This document shows positions 43,296 to 55,800 of a stretch of DNA of 64,000 bases, in pieces (the first letter of the stretch is position 1; every line of letters starts with the position of its first letter). A model generated the notes under the pieces. That model did not search any database. It was not told where the DNA came from and was given only the letters and a program-made list of their open reading frames with translations. The DNA is from Dudresnaya verticillata (Eukaryota). The stretch is taken from the NCBI GenBank assembly GCA_977862235.1, contig OZ374563.1, positions 2,046,001-2,110,000 of the forward strand. Direction: 5' to 3'. The translations under genes and the position numbers were made by a program.

Positions 43296-46107
43296 AGTTG
43301 ATAGTCCGCAAGAATTCCCACGAAAGTTCAAGAACGAACAATAATACCCAGCAGGTTTGACTGGACTAAAAGAATACTTCTGCTGAACTGTGCTCGAATC
43401 GGGATGAAATCGTTGCGTTAGACAAGATCAATGCGTTTCCTTTCCGGTTGTCTAAACCCCAGCATAACGTAGGACGAACGTACCTTGCTTGGTCCTTGCT
43501 TGCACAACTTATGCGGCAGCCTGGCCCTCTAGCCAGGATAGAAGTACAGATTAATCGGTCAAAGGCGAGGGTTGTCTTGGTAGGGCGGGGAGGAATACTC
43601 CTGAACTCTTGATAGCCGTATGCGCTGTGGATTTATATGGCGAAGCACCATGATGAGATGAGAACTTGCCCACGCTGTTGCAACAGTGTATTCTTTCTCC
43701 TGCTCCCCCAACTGGGTCGATTGTTTCGGATAGGAGTAGGCGTCCCTCGCTGGCCTTGTTCCTTGGTCCCAGAGAGCTGTTCAACTGGTAGGCTCGAGCG
43801 GAGCGGCGATCTAGATACCAATCAACACGCAATGATGCAGCCAGCTGGCCTTGACGGTATTCGTACGCCATGGATGGAGCATGTGGCATCAGTTTTCAGG
43901 CCGCCAGCCTCTGTAACAGTTGCGGCTCCAAATCAGCCAAACTTTGGTGAGATCTACGGCCCTGCGCTATATCGTAGAACTCGACCGGGACAACCGTACA
44001 GTGCTTTCGTCAGTAGGGTCCGGTCACACTCTAAAACTGGTGGAGTTGATCACAGCATCCGTCCAATGCGAGATTCCGGGCCGCGAATATACCGTACTGA
44101 AGGCTGAAATACGTCATCACCTTCAATCACCATGTTATATCATACTGAATATATCCATTACGTAGTCTGTAGCTCTCAAAGGGAGAGTGAATGAGGGCCG
44201 TGGTGCTCTTGTTTCGCTTTCATGTGCAGTTTAACCTGCGGGTTTTGTGCTGTGGGGATTATTATGGCCTTTCTCAGCAGGCCGAGAATTTTTCGTTACT
44301 CCAATCTGGGGGCCACAATACGTTTACGGAGGACACGCACTAACCTTTCAGGGTTGGCAATTGGGTGAGTATTGTGGCAATGACAGAATTCTTTATAGCT
44401 TGAGGAGAGCTCGTAATTTTACTGCGATGCTTTTGGAGGGAACAAGGTGCTTCCTTGGATCGCAGGCCGTGTGGCGTCAAAAGGATTGTCTCCAGTAATG
44501 AAAACAGGGCATCAATTCTCCTTGTGACCTCATTGATTATACCCATCCAACCTGGAAAAGGGAGGGACCTCACTTTACTAAATCAATTATTAAGTGTTGC
44601 TGCGCCAAAGAAGGTTTGCAGTGCGTACCTTTCGCCTGCAAAGTGGAAAACGTTTTTGTTGTGCGCCCTCAAGGAAAACGCCCGCGATAAGTTTAAAAGG
44701 AAAGAAAAAAAAGCTCCTTTTTTCACGTGTTCAATGAGGGACTCAATGGATTTGAGTTAACAGAGTTGCACAGCAATAGAATTATTCTTAGAGTACGTAA
44801 CATGTTAAACACTTGAAATCACCCCAGCAGTTCCAGTCGTGATGACACAGTACGGCACGGATCAATCGCCACTGTCCATCTGTTTCATTGATGTATCTCT
44901 GGCGATTTAGAAATGTATAAAATCTTGGAGGGGTAGACAGAAATGCAAGCAAAGGGATTTGGGAATCAATTATCATACTGGTATGTCACCAGTGGCTCAG
45001 GACCGTCTGCTAAGCGGGCACCCTGTGGTCTCCCCATTACTGTACATTCGAGTTTGGGTGTGAAATAAGGCTAATCACAATTAAAAGTAACGGATGCTTT
45101 AAACGAATTTGTAGTGTCCGCAATATAAGCTCCATGTTGGGGCTGCCTGCTGTGACGCAAATAAAACCGGCAAGGCACCAAAAACAATGCCGATGTCAGC
45201 AATTAACTGTGATGGCGTGTGATAGTATCTAAATGCCTTGCTCTCTTCTTGTACTTATGGCACGTTTACAGGTGCATCTGAGAATTATTATTTCCCGAAT
45301 GACCAAAAAGGACAGAGATGCAGATGGATGCTTCACATAACTACAGTACAGAAATATGTAGAGGTCTTGTGGTCTATGAAGAAATTAACATCAAAACGTT
45401 ACAATTGACCACAGGATCGTGCCGCTGTTGTAGGAAGGGCTCGTGTTCAGAGCTTTGCACACACACGCTGTATGTACAGGCTACCTTCTTCACTCGGTTT
45501 TTATGACTCTCTTGATCTCCATTCCCTTGTTGCCCGCCGAATCAGGCGCTTTAGCCCCCGAAAGATAATAAATGAGCGCTTTCGCTGTGCAAATGCCAAG
45601 TGGACTTCACTTGAAGTCTACGATTCCGTTGGCGGAATACCTCGCAGAAATTCTATCATTGGCGTCCTCAATTTGCTGGACACGAACGCTCCCTTTGAAA
45701 CATTTCTAGTATGACAATCGCATCGAAGCTCGTCACGTGTGATACAGTCGAGTATTGACCGTGAGGTTTAACGTCTACAGTTGCAAGGCAGGGTACCCGC
45801 ACTAAAAAAGGTATGTGTGTCTACATACATTCGTCAACCTCTCGACAAGGCACACAACTTCGAACGGTAGGAAAATACATGGGAATGGTACTATTGCTGA
45901 GTGCGATGCATAAATACACATGATCATGACATGTGTATTGGATGGAGTAGCGTGTGTGTCCTGTTGTCTTCTCCAGTCAGAACAACAAACTTTTTTCTCA
46001 CCGATAGATGAGGAAACGACCTGCGCAGACGCTATGTTAATAACGTTCATGTCCATAGCTGCTCGAGACTGTCGTGCATCAGACCACAGCGAAGATACGC
46101 ACTCTTA

Positions 46108-47751
46108 TTAGCCACGTGTAATGTACTTGAGTCTTCGTATTTTCTCTGAAGAAATAAAAGAAGCGTAGGGCATCCGCAACATCTGAAGGAGATTATCTCT
46201 TGTATCGAGAGACGTGGGCATTGAGAGCAAAGGCGTCATACACTGAGCGTGCCTAGCTTCCTGTCTTGATGGTCCGGGAGTTGCAGAGCCAACGGTAGCC
46301 GGTGATGGCTGTAAACCGGTGCCATCCTTCTTCCTGATAACGCCATTGTCCATTCTCTTATAGAGAGGGTTGTGGGAGACATACCTTGGCGTAGACTATC
46401 CTGGATGCCTGTATGTTGGAAAGTTGATAGCGCCGTGAGTGTCCGACTTGCCTGCCATGAGGCTTGAGCGTTCTGCCGCTGGGTCAAGCGGCGCAGGCTG
46501 TGAACGAGTTTGTGTTGTATGGATCTTTGTCGCAATTTTGGGGACTCTAGTCTGTGTTGGGCTCGTAGTTTGCGTAAGCGAGGTGCACTAACCACTGGTG
46601 ACGCTTTGGAGATGCACGTGCATCGACCTTGTCAAGAGCTTGCGTTAGGTCCCGTGTGAGTGGGACGAGTGCTAGTCCGTATTCAATTATCGGACGTATT
46701 GAGACCGAGTAGACATATCGGGCAGCCGGGGCAGGCATTGCTGAGCTTAGGTGACCCATTCTCACAAGTTCGCCCATAGCACGTTGGGCTTTCTTCACGC
46801 GCAGTATTGTTGTTGCGGTCCCGATTCCTGAGGCTGAGATGTCGATTCCCAGGTACCGGACACTTTGTTGATGTGCTATTCTCTCGTTGTTAAGGGTAAA
46901 GGCGCAGTTGTTAGGGCGTGGGCGGTGCCGGGCTGGCATGGCGATAGCGTATTTCTTAACGGACCAACACATGCCTGCGTCTCGGGACCACTCTTCGCAG
47001 ACCTGAAGTGCCGTGCGAATAAATGTCGGAGATGGTCCATGGAGGAGGCAATCATCAGCAAATGGCGACCTGGAAGGTTCGAGTGCAGTCGGTTCAGCCG
47101 CTCAAATAACGCGTACGCTAGAGGGTCGATGAACAAATTGAACAAAACTGGGCTTAGTGGAGATCCCTGCACGACCCCTCTTCTAACTTCTGCGCTGCAA
47201 GGCGTCGCATCGCCCACGGTCCGTACATAGAGAGATCCAAGAGTCGAGGTTATCATCACTGTGAGGTGCGGCGGGAGTCGCTCTTCGCAAAGAGATACCA
47301 GTTTGGGGCGGTCAACACGGTCATAAGCGCTTTTGAGATCAAGAACGGCTATGCAATCATCCCCGGATGTTGCTGCCTCTACGGCCATGGCAATGGCCAT
47401 CTCCGTGCGCAAATGTTTCTGGAAACCGAGTTGCATACGGTGCGGCTTGAAGACGCGTTCGACATCATAGGCATTTGCGCTCTCCACTTCTTTGAAAAGG
47501 TCGGATAGTAGACAGAGTGGGCGGTAGCTATCCGGGACGTCCCGAGCCCCTGCCTTGTGTATCGGCACGAGAATTCCCTGGCGCCAACTGTCTGGGTATA
47601 TCTTATTGTCCCCGCAGCATTTCCAAATCGCAAAGATTAGGTCGTCAGTGCTCTCCATTCTTCGTACTAGTGGCGAATGAGCGGACTGCGGAGGCCATTC
47701 AAGACGCCGAGCATAGAGCATACCCGACGCCAAACACTGGAGGATTTTCAA
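46108..47751 (-). mobile_element. 5'-truncated, frameshifted LINE-type reverse transcriptase relic
   Basis: WRQGILVPIHK...SYRPLCLL...QLGF...LDLKSAYDRV...GVVQGSPLSPVLFN; frameshift just before FADD (47051-47062); then YLGI...IRPIIEYG; second frameshift near 46600. Confidence 0.9.
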
Positions 47752-47770
47752 ATGTAGCCCACTTCGTGAC

Positions 47771-47816
47771 GGGGTTCAATTTCCTTTTTCTTTGGGGTTC
47801 AATTTCCTTTTTCTTT
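47771..47816. repeat. 2 x 23-bp tandem duplication
   Basis: GGGGTTCAATTTCCTTTTTCTTT twice, next to the 5' end of the LINE relic. Confidence 0.9.
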
Positions 47817-49566
47817 GTAACGCGCGCGTGGTGTTGCTTACTAGTTTCCAGCTCAGCGCTGCTTCAGAAAGAAGTAAAATGGACCTGTTGAACTCCAATA
47901 GCCTTCGACTTGAGAAGCTGTTTCGCAGAACTAGCCGCTGGTATATCTGGCCAATTCGTGACCTTGGTACCAGAGCAATGCAGATGAGTTCGAATATGCA
48001 GAGGTAACGCATTACGGCTGCAAACAAATCTTTTTGGTGCTCCCGTGGGCGGACAAGGAGTTTCTTATGTCCTGCCAAATTGAACTTCTATATCCCCAAC
48101 TTCTATCGCCGAAATCGTTCTTGACGATTGTCGTGCTCATTTTCATTGTGGGAAATCAGTTGACTCGTTCGGTAAGCCCTATTCGCTGAACCGCTTGCAG
48201 GAATGCTCGACTACACGAACCATTACAATAACAGCTTCTTGTCAACTCGGGCCCTACCCCACATCTGCGAGTGCCACAAGACATAGATATGGGATTCTTC
48301 GCGGGTCCTCGTTTCGGTTCCAGCGACAGCACCAGATCACAGAGCAACTAACGGCAGTTCCCCAAAGCTGGGCCAGATCGGCTGGCGGTGGTTGCGGGTT
48401 ACCGTCGTTTGTTCCCTCGCGTTGGTGGCCCCCCATCATAGGTTGTGCTCTCTCTCTCCTCTCCTGCCTCACCATAGGACCGGGGAGCCAACTTCTATTA
48501 CAGCGTCGAAATTGTTTGCGGGTAGCATTGTCCACATTGTTGACGGCAGTCGCCAAGGGGTAGGGCGTTACATAAGGCCCAATCTTTCTTCAGAAACCCA
48601 GCGAGCAAACTAGAGCTCATCTCACACGGCTGGATCTTCTGAGGTCTCCAGGTGTCTGAAATGACTGAAGACCCATGGGGACCTGGAAAACGTCAGGTAA
48701 ATCAGGACTTGTTTGCTTGGAGGGTGGGCTTTGATGTAAGGCGACTCTTGCACATTTCTCGACTCAGGAAAATTTGTGTTCCGTATACGATTAGTACAGA
48801 GCCGTAGCAATTTTTGGGACGCCCCGGACGTGGACTAGAGAGATTGATCCCTCTCGTACATTTTTAGTTGCATACGTGGTTTTCCTCTTCACATAAATCC
48901 GTCTCCATCATGCGCATACTTCATTGAGTAACTTGCATGTTCGCTCTGTAGGCAAGTATCGGGATGCACACTTGTCCATGTACACAAGCGGAAAGTCTGA
49001 AGAAAAAAACTTTGAACAGCAAGATCGGTTAGACCGAATTTCTCTTCTAGTAAAGTGGGGACATCACAATCCTTCTCTTGAGATGCAGGTATCTACCCAA
49101 GAACCTGGAATACATGCAATCGCAGTAGCAGAGATTCATGTGCAAAATGTCGCTCTCAACAAAAGCAGAGCCATGACCAAAGACGAAGCCCTCACAGTCG
49201 CGTCCTGCGCAGCTTCCAATCTTGCCCCAAGAAAGCCGTCCTCGTGCTCCACACGCAGTGCAATTGCCAAGGTTGAATCTAGCTGCTCCCCGACAGTGAG
49301 CAAGCTTTGAGCCCGGCAGGAACGGCTGGCTTCCATTCTGTACGCGCATCCATGGCGCAACGCGGATGAATCGGACCTGATGCGGCGGCTTCAGGATCGC
49401 GGACTTGCCTGGCTGGAGGCGGCCCCGGCGGGCCGGTCGAAGTGGCACAGCGAGCGAGGCGGCGCTCGACAACAGTGGCGTTTGGAGCGGCGCAGTGCCT
49501 CGCGACGGTGACGCAAGCCTCGGCACGGCCAAGCGTGCCCCGGAAACGCCGTGCATGTCTGTGAGG

Positions 49567-49569
49567 GTG

Positions 49570-49602
<33 letters not shown>
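49567..49602. repeat. (GT)n microsatellite
   Basis: Near-perfect dinucleotide run with one GC interruption. Confidence 0.95.
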
Positions 49603-50536
49603 ACATGTGCTGCACCTGCACTGTTGCCGGCCGGCATGGCCGTCGTTGTCCACTGAGAATGCCGCAACGACGTAACTCGACGCAGTGCAACACGACGGGG
49701 ATATTCTGACCGACGGCACGCCGCGAGGAGCGGAGGGAGATCGGCGAGCTGGCTGGCGCGTCAGACTTGGGCGGCGCCGCGCGAGATGCGGGCGATGCGC
49801 TTCGCAGTGGCAGTCGCGATGGCACGCGGCGGGTGCGACAGCTGATGCCAACTTCAGCGCGGCTTGTGCGAAAAGGAAAAAAGAAAAGGAAAAAAAGAAA
49901 AAATCGGAAAATATTCAATATTTCAGCGAAAACCGGCGCCAATGGCGCACATGCCGACCTGCCGATTGTGACGCCTTGACATCTACCAGTGTCCCGCGCG
50001 AGGCCAGCATCCTGCTGGCGCATGCTGATGCCCGGCCGCGATGGAGCCACGTCGGCACCCGCGAGGTCGCTCGCGTCGTAGCCGTGCACCGGCCCCGACC
50101 GCGAGCCTGCCTGCCTGCGCAGAGTACTGCGCAAGTGCTGCAACGCCGGGTGCGACCTTCCGCCCGCGCCTCCGAACGTCGCGTATGCGCAACTGAGGAA
50201 TGCCCACCAAACGATGCGCTCGTTAACCCGCCTTTCCGTGCGCGGTCTCGCACGAAGCGTTCAAGTCCTCGCTCCGACATTCCCGTGCACTCCGTTTCTA
50301 TGCCAAGAGTTGTCGGCTACTCGCCAAGCGCCCCAAACCGGCTTGCTATGCATGATCGAATCCTGGAAGCATGTACTTCTAATCGATACCCAACACCAAA
50401 TCCGTCTAGGGCCAACTTCATTCTGTCCAACTTTTCCCGGCTGCACCTCCTAAGAACTCGCGTTTAAAACGCCCGTCCCTCTCAACGGAGTTTCGAATGC
50501 ACGCATTCGGAAGCCCGCGCCCTGTCTGAAGAGGTT

Positions 50537-50685
50537 ATATACTAGCTGTAAACCGCCCTTGGGCAAGCCAAGCACCCATTCAACACAAAACCGGGTATAA
50601 TCGCCATCTCAGCAACTCGCCATCTTGGAGTGAGTCCCAATTCTCGCGCTTCATGGCTTCGCGTACGTTTTTACTTTCCCGACGG
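50537..50685. repeat. Dispersed diverged repeat, copy 2 (copy 1 at ~42236-42380)
   Basis: Same collinear blocks, same orientation. Confidence 0.75.
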
Positions 50686-52436
50686 CTGTCGATCGGAACC
50701 AGGCATCCAACTGTTTCACTGCCTCTTGAGTAAGGAAATGACCACAGAGCTTCATATTTCGGCTGTTTTCATGCCGATATCAACAACCCTTCCTTAAGGG
50801 GAATGTACTCAAGACGTGCATATTTCGTTTGTCACGAACTAGCAAGAAGATGGCTTCCCGGAAAGGCTACTTTCAACACTTTCGTCTGTAGTGCGTTTGG
50901 AGGATGTGCTTTTCGTAATTCATTCAACTGCCCACTAATCCTGCTACCCGTTCTTCCTTGTGACGACCGTTCGGTTCACAGCAGTTTCTATAATGGCCCA
51001 TGTTAGCCCACACAAACCACTGTACGGCAATCAGGTGATTGTACAACTTTAATCAACCTGATTTAGGGTGCGTCTGCGTCAACAGCAGAAGCCTATGAGC
51101 TAACACACTACGCAGCGTGCTACGAAGGAAGGGCTACCTGGTGGATCGGGGGTGCTGTAGCGGATGTGGCGGATGTGCTGCCGATGGAGTCGTTGTGAAC
51201 GAGGCGGGGGCAGGTGAGGGCGGGAAAGGAAGTGAAGTGTCTGGAGCAGTTAACGGGAACGTGTGGCCGCAGTTGGTGACCATGGAGGAATGGGGAAGGT
51301 CCGAAGAATCCCAGCTGACGGCAGGGAGGCAGACAGAAAGGAGGCGGTGTGTGGAGGATGCGAACTGTAGGGCAGGTGCGAAGCGGGAAGTCTTGTACAC
51401 TCGGGATGGATGGCAGCTGTATGTTGAAGCTGTACTCGCAGCCTTCTGACTTTCCGGCATATACAGTATTGTTCCGACTCGAAGCGATATCGGAAATATA
51501 CGGAGTTCTAGATCTGTTCCGGGTGCTCTGTCATGCTTTGAAGATTGAACATTCGGGTCCATCTGCTCAGGTCCAGTGTATGTACCGCAAGATGAGCCTA
51601 TTTAACATCGTTTCCTAGCAATATGCACTCGGGCTATGTGCGCTCCTCAGTTGAAAGTTCCCACTGCCGTTGGTGTCATAGCTGGCGATATTCGGGTTCT
51701 TCTTCGTCTGCCCTGGGAGCCAGGTAAGAACAGAGAGTGTGAAGATAACTTGGGCAATCTGACAGTCAAGAAAGTAGATCGTTGCAAAAATGGCACTTGA
51801 CTCCACGTCGCGCTTGGAAGGCGCTGCCATGCTACTGAAAACTTCATTGGCCACTGAACTACTTTGTCGAGTTCAATTACGAACGAAATCCCGCCCTATG
51901 CGCAAGCCGCACAATGTGGGTATTCAGAGAAGAACCTGAAGAAGATTTGCTTTTGAGCCATGGCGAAGTCTCGCGAAAGGGCGTGCGTGAAGAAGTATAC
52001 GAACTAGCAGTAAAGCGGTCCATGAAAGTTTTAATAACTGAACAGATGCATCCATAAGGACATCAAGATTGCAAGCGCGAGCTCCACCGAACATTCCACA
52101 ACGAAAACTGCGCTGTGGACAACGTATGTTGAGGATAATTTTCACCCTGCCCAGAACATGAGGATGATGAAAATCCTTACATCGCTGTCGAAGTTGGAGG
52201 CCACAACCACCTGTGAGGAGCTGATCCGCAACTAGCTGCGAAGAGCTGATCCCGAATGGAAAGAGTTACAGGAACGGAATATTACGTCGTCCTAAGCATG
52301 TTTCTGATCCTTGTAGATAACGCGTTTAAGAATGATTAGGCCGTGAGGTGCATGAACTATCCCATCCTAGTCCTGACGACACTACTACATGAAGTATATG
52401 GCGTTCTATCTACATCAAAGCAACAGGTTCTGCTGC

Positions 52437-52859
52437 CTACGTGATGTAGTTCTCCATCATTTTGTTGAAGCGACGTTTCGCGCGCTTCACAATGTCGGGC
52501 TTTCCCGGAATGTAGTTGGGGCTAGCAACGTTCTCATAGCCCGTTGCAACCCGGCGACCAACTTCTGCCATGTACGCCACAGCTTCCTCATCCGTCATTG
52601 CGGCCAGCATCTTGTTGAACTTCTCATCTTCCTCCCTCTTTATCTCTGCATCCGTTTTGTAGTGCGGCGGAATGTCAATGGGCTTCGACCGTTTAGCCTT
52701 GCGTAGCTCCCGACGATTGACGTCGGTTATGTAGCTAGGCTGTTCTATGACAGGGAGATAGAGATTGTACGTTGGGGCACTAGATCCTTCATTAGAATCA
52801 GCAGCAGTACTGCTTCCTTCTTCTCCGTTCGTCTGAATTTCCGGGTTCTGCGAACTCAT
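52437..52859 (-). CDS. Hypothetical protein (140 aa; may have an upstream exon)
   Basis: ATG-initiated ORF with natural charged/helical composition. No family recognised. Confidence 0.5.
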   Translation of the reverse strand: MSSQNPEIQTNGEEGSSTAADSNEGSSAPTYNLYLPVIEQPSYITDVNRRELRKAKRSKPIDIPPHYKTDAEIKREEDEKFNKMLAAMTDEEAVAYMAEVGRRVATGYENVASPNYIPGKPDIVKRAKRRFNKMMENYIT

Positions 52860-55331
52860 TTGACTTCCTGATTTGCTTCAGAGCTTGGCTCTTATGTTCT
52901 CCTTAGAAACGCTACGGCGGACGTAGTGGCTTCCTCTGATTCCCTTGGTAAGCGCACTGGAGCAGGTGGTCGCCCTTGTGGCCGAGACAGGTGTGGGGAT
53001 GAAGTTCGTTTCGTCGTCGTCGGCCGTGGGAAGGAGGTTTAAATACCCAACTTTTTTCGTGCTCCGACATCGAATTCGCTAACACATTCCACCCCAGCGC
53101 CGCTGTTGTCACCGACAGTATTGTCTGCCAAACCACAAGGAGTTCTCCTCCAAGTCTCACATTTCACTTTCGGCACTGGATCTTGTTCTCGTCTGTTCAT
53201 TCCCGTTGTTGATTGGTTCGGCGACGAGCTCGAAGATGTTCGCAACGACACTCAAACAAAAGTGTTTTGGCTTGTGCTGACAATATGGAAAGCCACAGCG
53301 CATGCAGAGAAGACAAAGGGACAGAACGGCATGCATTATGCTCTCTCTAACTAGTTTTTCGTTGTGAGGTGTGACGTGTATTGGAATGGACAGTTGAAAT
53401 ACTAGAAGACGCTGTCACGCACTATGGGCTTCCTTTGTAGTAGAACTGGTGGTGGCGCTTCTTGCATTCAGATGTCTTAGCACAACATATTTCTATTGAG
53501 TGGGTTTCAATTAGAAGAGCGGTGCTTTGGAAAGCTCTCAGACTGAATGACAAACTGATTAGATGTGGAGAATTTGTCAGGGGTCTTCAGTTACGAGCCG
53601 AACTCATTCTCAATACCGTTGCGATGTTTAAGGTTCCAGTTGAGGGCTAAGTAGAGGCTAGGTAGCCTATTGTTGGTTTAACCTGACTGTAACTCCATAG
53701 CCCGAATCGGAAAATCTTATGGCTGTATTTCTCGACAAGAAGACAAGATAGATGTCTTACTTTCTCTGTACAGGCTGACGACGCTCCATCATCTGGAAGT
53801 AGAAGTCACTTGAATGCTGCACCTGGGAGCTTTACTCAGCTTGGGTCCCATGCGAGAAACAATGCCCCGCATCGAATTGCGCGAAGCAGTTGCAAAGGAG
53901 GACAAATAGATGTCAGCTGAGACACGTTACAAGTCCGAAATATACCGCGGCCCGACTTTCACGTCTGAATTAGCCGGTCGAAATGGAGAGTCCAGGGGGC
54001 GCCAAGTGTCCGAGTAAACCTCCTCCACATGTCTGCAGAGAAAAAGACCATGACGTACTGTTTTTGGACGATTGCGGCAGCTGCACGAAGCTCTGCTGCG
54101 CGGCGCTCGCGTATGACGAGCAAAATTGCCATACCGACACAGCATTTGTCTCGCCTTCTGCTGCTGGCTTCACAGAAATTGTTGAATTCTGCGCCTCTAG
54201 TTCCCTGAAGGGTACACTCGGACCATCCACCCGCTCGATTTTGGAGGTCACTGATCCAGGCTGCGCCGTCACGTCATACCGGCCTCCACATACCGGCCTC
54301 CACAATCCCGCTCGTCTCCCATCCTCATCCGTTCCCGTAGCCCCGATCCGCCTGTCCGCCGCTCAAGCTTTCGCATTTGCCGTATCTGCCCTCAAGGGAC
54401 CGCCCAGTACCCTGCGGAGAGTGAAGCTCTCAGAATACTCTCCGCTACCCCCGTCGCGAAAAGCCTTCATCACTTGCCGGTTCGCACACAACAAGATGAG
54501 TCGCTGGCAGTCAGATGCATCCGCGCATGTGTTTCAACGTCCGTGCTGGGAAGTCGAAGAAGCGTCGTAAGCGAGTTCCCGAAAATAGGAAACCGTGTCT
54601 ATGCTTGTCGCCGAGGTGCTCGAAGGCTTCAGCTTTGACTAAATCTACCAATGGTTGCAACGATTCTAACCTCTTCGTCAGGGTCGGGCGGAGGTACTTT
54701 GCGTTCGCGCTGTGAACGCACGGAACATGACAACAGCTTGCGTACTGCATTGATCTACTCATGAGGGCATGTCCTTGTTTGGTACAGAGGAGATCCTGAA
54801 CATTGCCATGCATTATGTACGCAATATGCTTATGGTCACAGTACGAATGGAGAGACCTCTGCGCCTGGGATACGTCAGACAATACCTGCTGTTTTCAAGC
54901 ACACAATCCGCTCGCGCTGGTATATGTGGCATTCGGGAGACACGGAAACAAACTGGGCAGTCGCTTCGTTTCGGCCTTCACACAGGCTCTCGTGCCCTTC
55001 AACAGAGATAAGGGAAACCTTGCTTGGGCATAAGAGGAACGATACGTCGCCCTTTCAGACGGTAGAGATGAGACACGATAAGCCCACCCGTATGGCCCTA
55101 AATCCCTTCGTTGTCCAAGATTTCGCATTGTCTCATCCGTACTCGAGAGACTGTCCAGAGCTGGCACAGGGAATGCAAGCGCCTGAGGCTCTCCACCGTT
55201 CTCTCAATAAGGCATGTATCCGACGAGATGAGAGTTGGTGGATTTTACGAAGTGCCTGTCTTTGGAGGTTAGCAGAGAAATATGAAACCGCACAAGATCA
55301 TAGTCTGAGATAGTTACTGCGCTAGAATTTT

Positions 55332-55620
55332 CTAACCAGCGATGCTGGCGAGAATGCAGGCGGCGTTGCGCTTAACAAGGACAGCGGCAATGTGCGAAAA
55401 GCAACGAATGCGTGACGTACTGCGACTCTCATTGAATTGCGTATCCCTCGCATCAGCGATGCTTGTGAAGTGAAGAAGAAGTCTTCCGGGCCTTTTGTAG
55501 CCATCCACCCGTGGTGTGTATGGCAAGAGGCAGCAGCGTGTAGTCAACTCCGAGGTCGGCGATGAGGGCTGCATGATGAGCGACCTTGGCGGCGGCCGCT
55601 AGATCGAGCGTCTGAGCGGG
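55332..55620 (-). mobile_element. 3' fragment of an RLE-type (CRE-like) non-LTR retroposon
   Basis: AAAAKVAHHAAL...YTLLPLAIHTTGGWLQKA, frameshift, IADAR...RCFSHIAAVLVKRNAACIL* fits the K..Y...P.A.ET.G.W...F..LS..L.R.NA..IL pattern of RLE C-termini. Confidence 0.65.
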
Positions 55621-55653
55621 AGGACGAGATGAGAAGATGACATCTGACGAGAT

Positions 55654-55800
55654 GAGAGAGAGAGAGAGATGCAGTTTATTCAGCGAGATGCTAGTAGCCC
55701 CAACGAGATGAGTCGCTAACAATCTGGGCCAATGCATACTTGTTGCCAGAACCATACCCGAAGGCAAAGAAGCGTCTTAAGAAAACGTCAAGCGGTAGGA
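55654..55800 (-). mobile_element. Decayed 3' end of a (TC)n-ended retroposon
   Basis: Ends ATCTCGCTGAATAAACTGCA(TC)n, matching 41979-42010; upstream peptide LRVWFWQQV. Confidence 0.45.

Noticed and set aside
43637..54570. ORFs 43637-44107(+), 49047-49667(-), 49685-50467(+), 51134-51562(-) and 53983-54570(+)
   Set aside because: No motifs, paralogy or splice support; some include microsatellite-derived residues.
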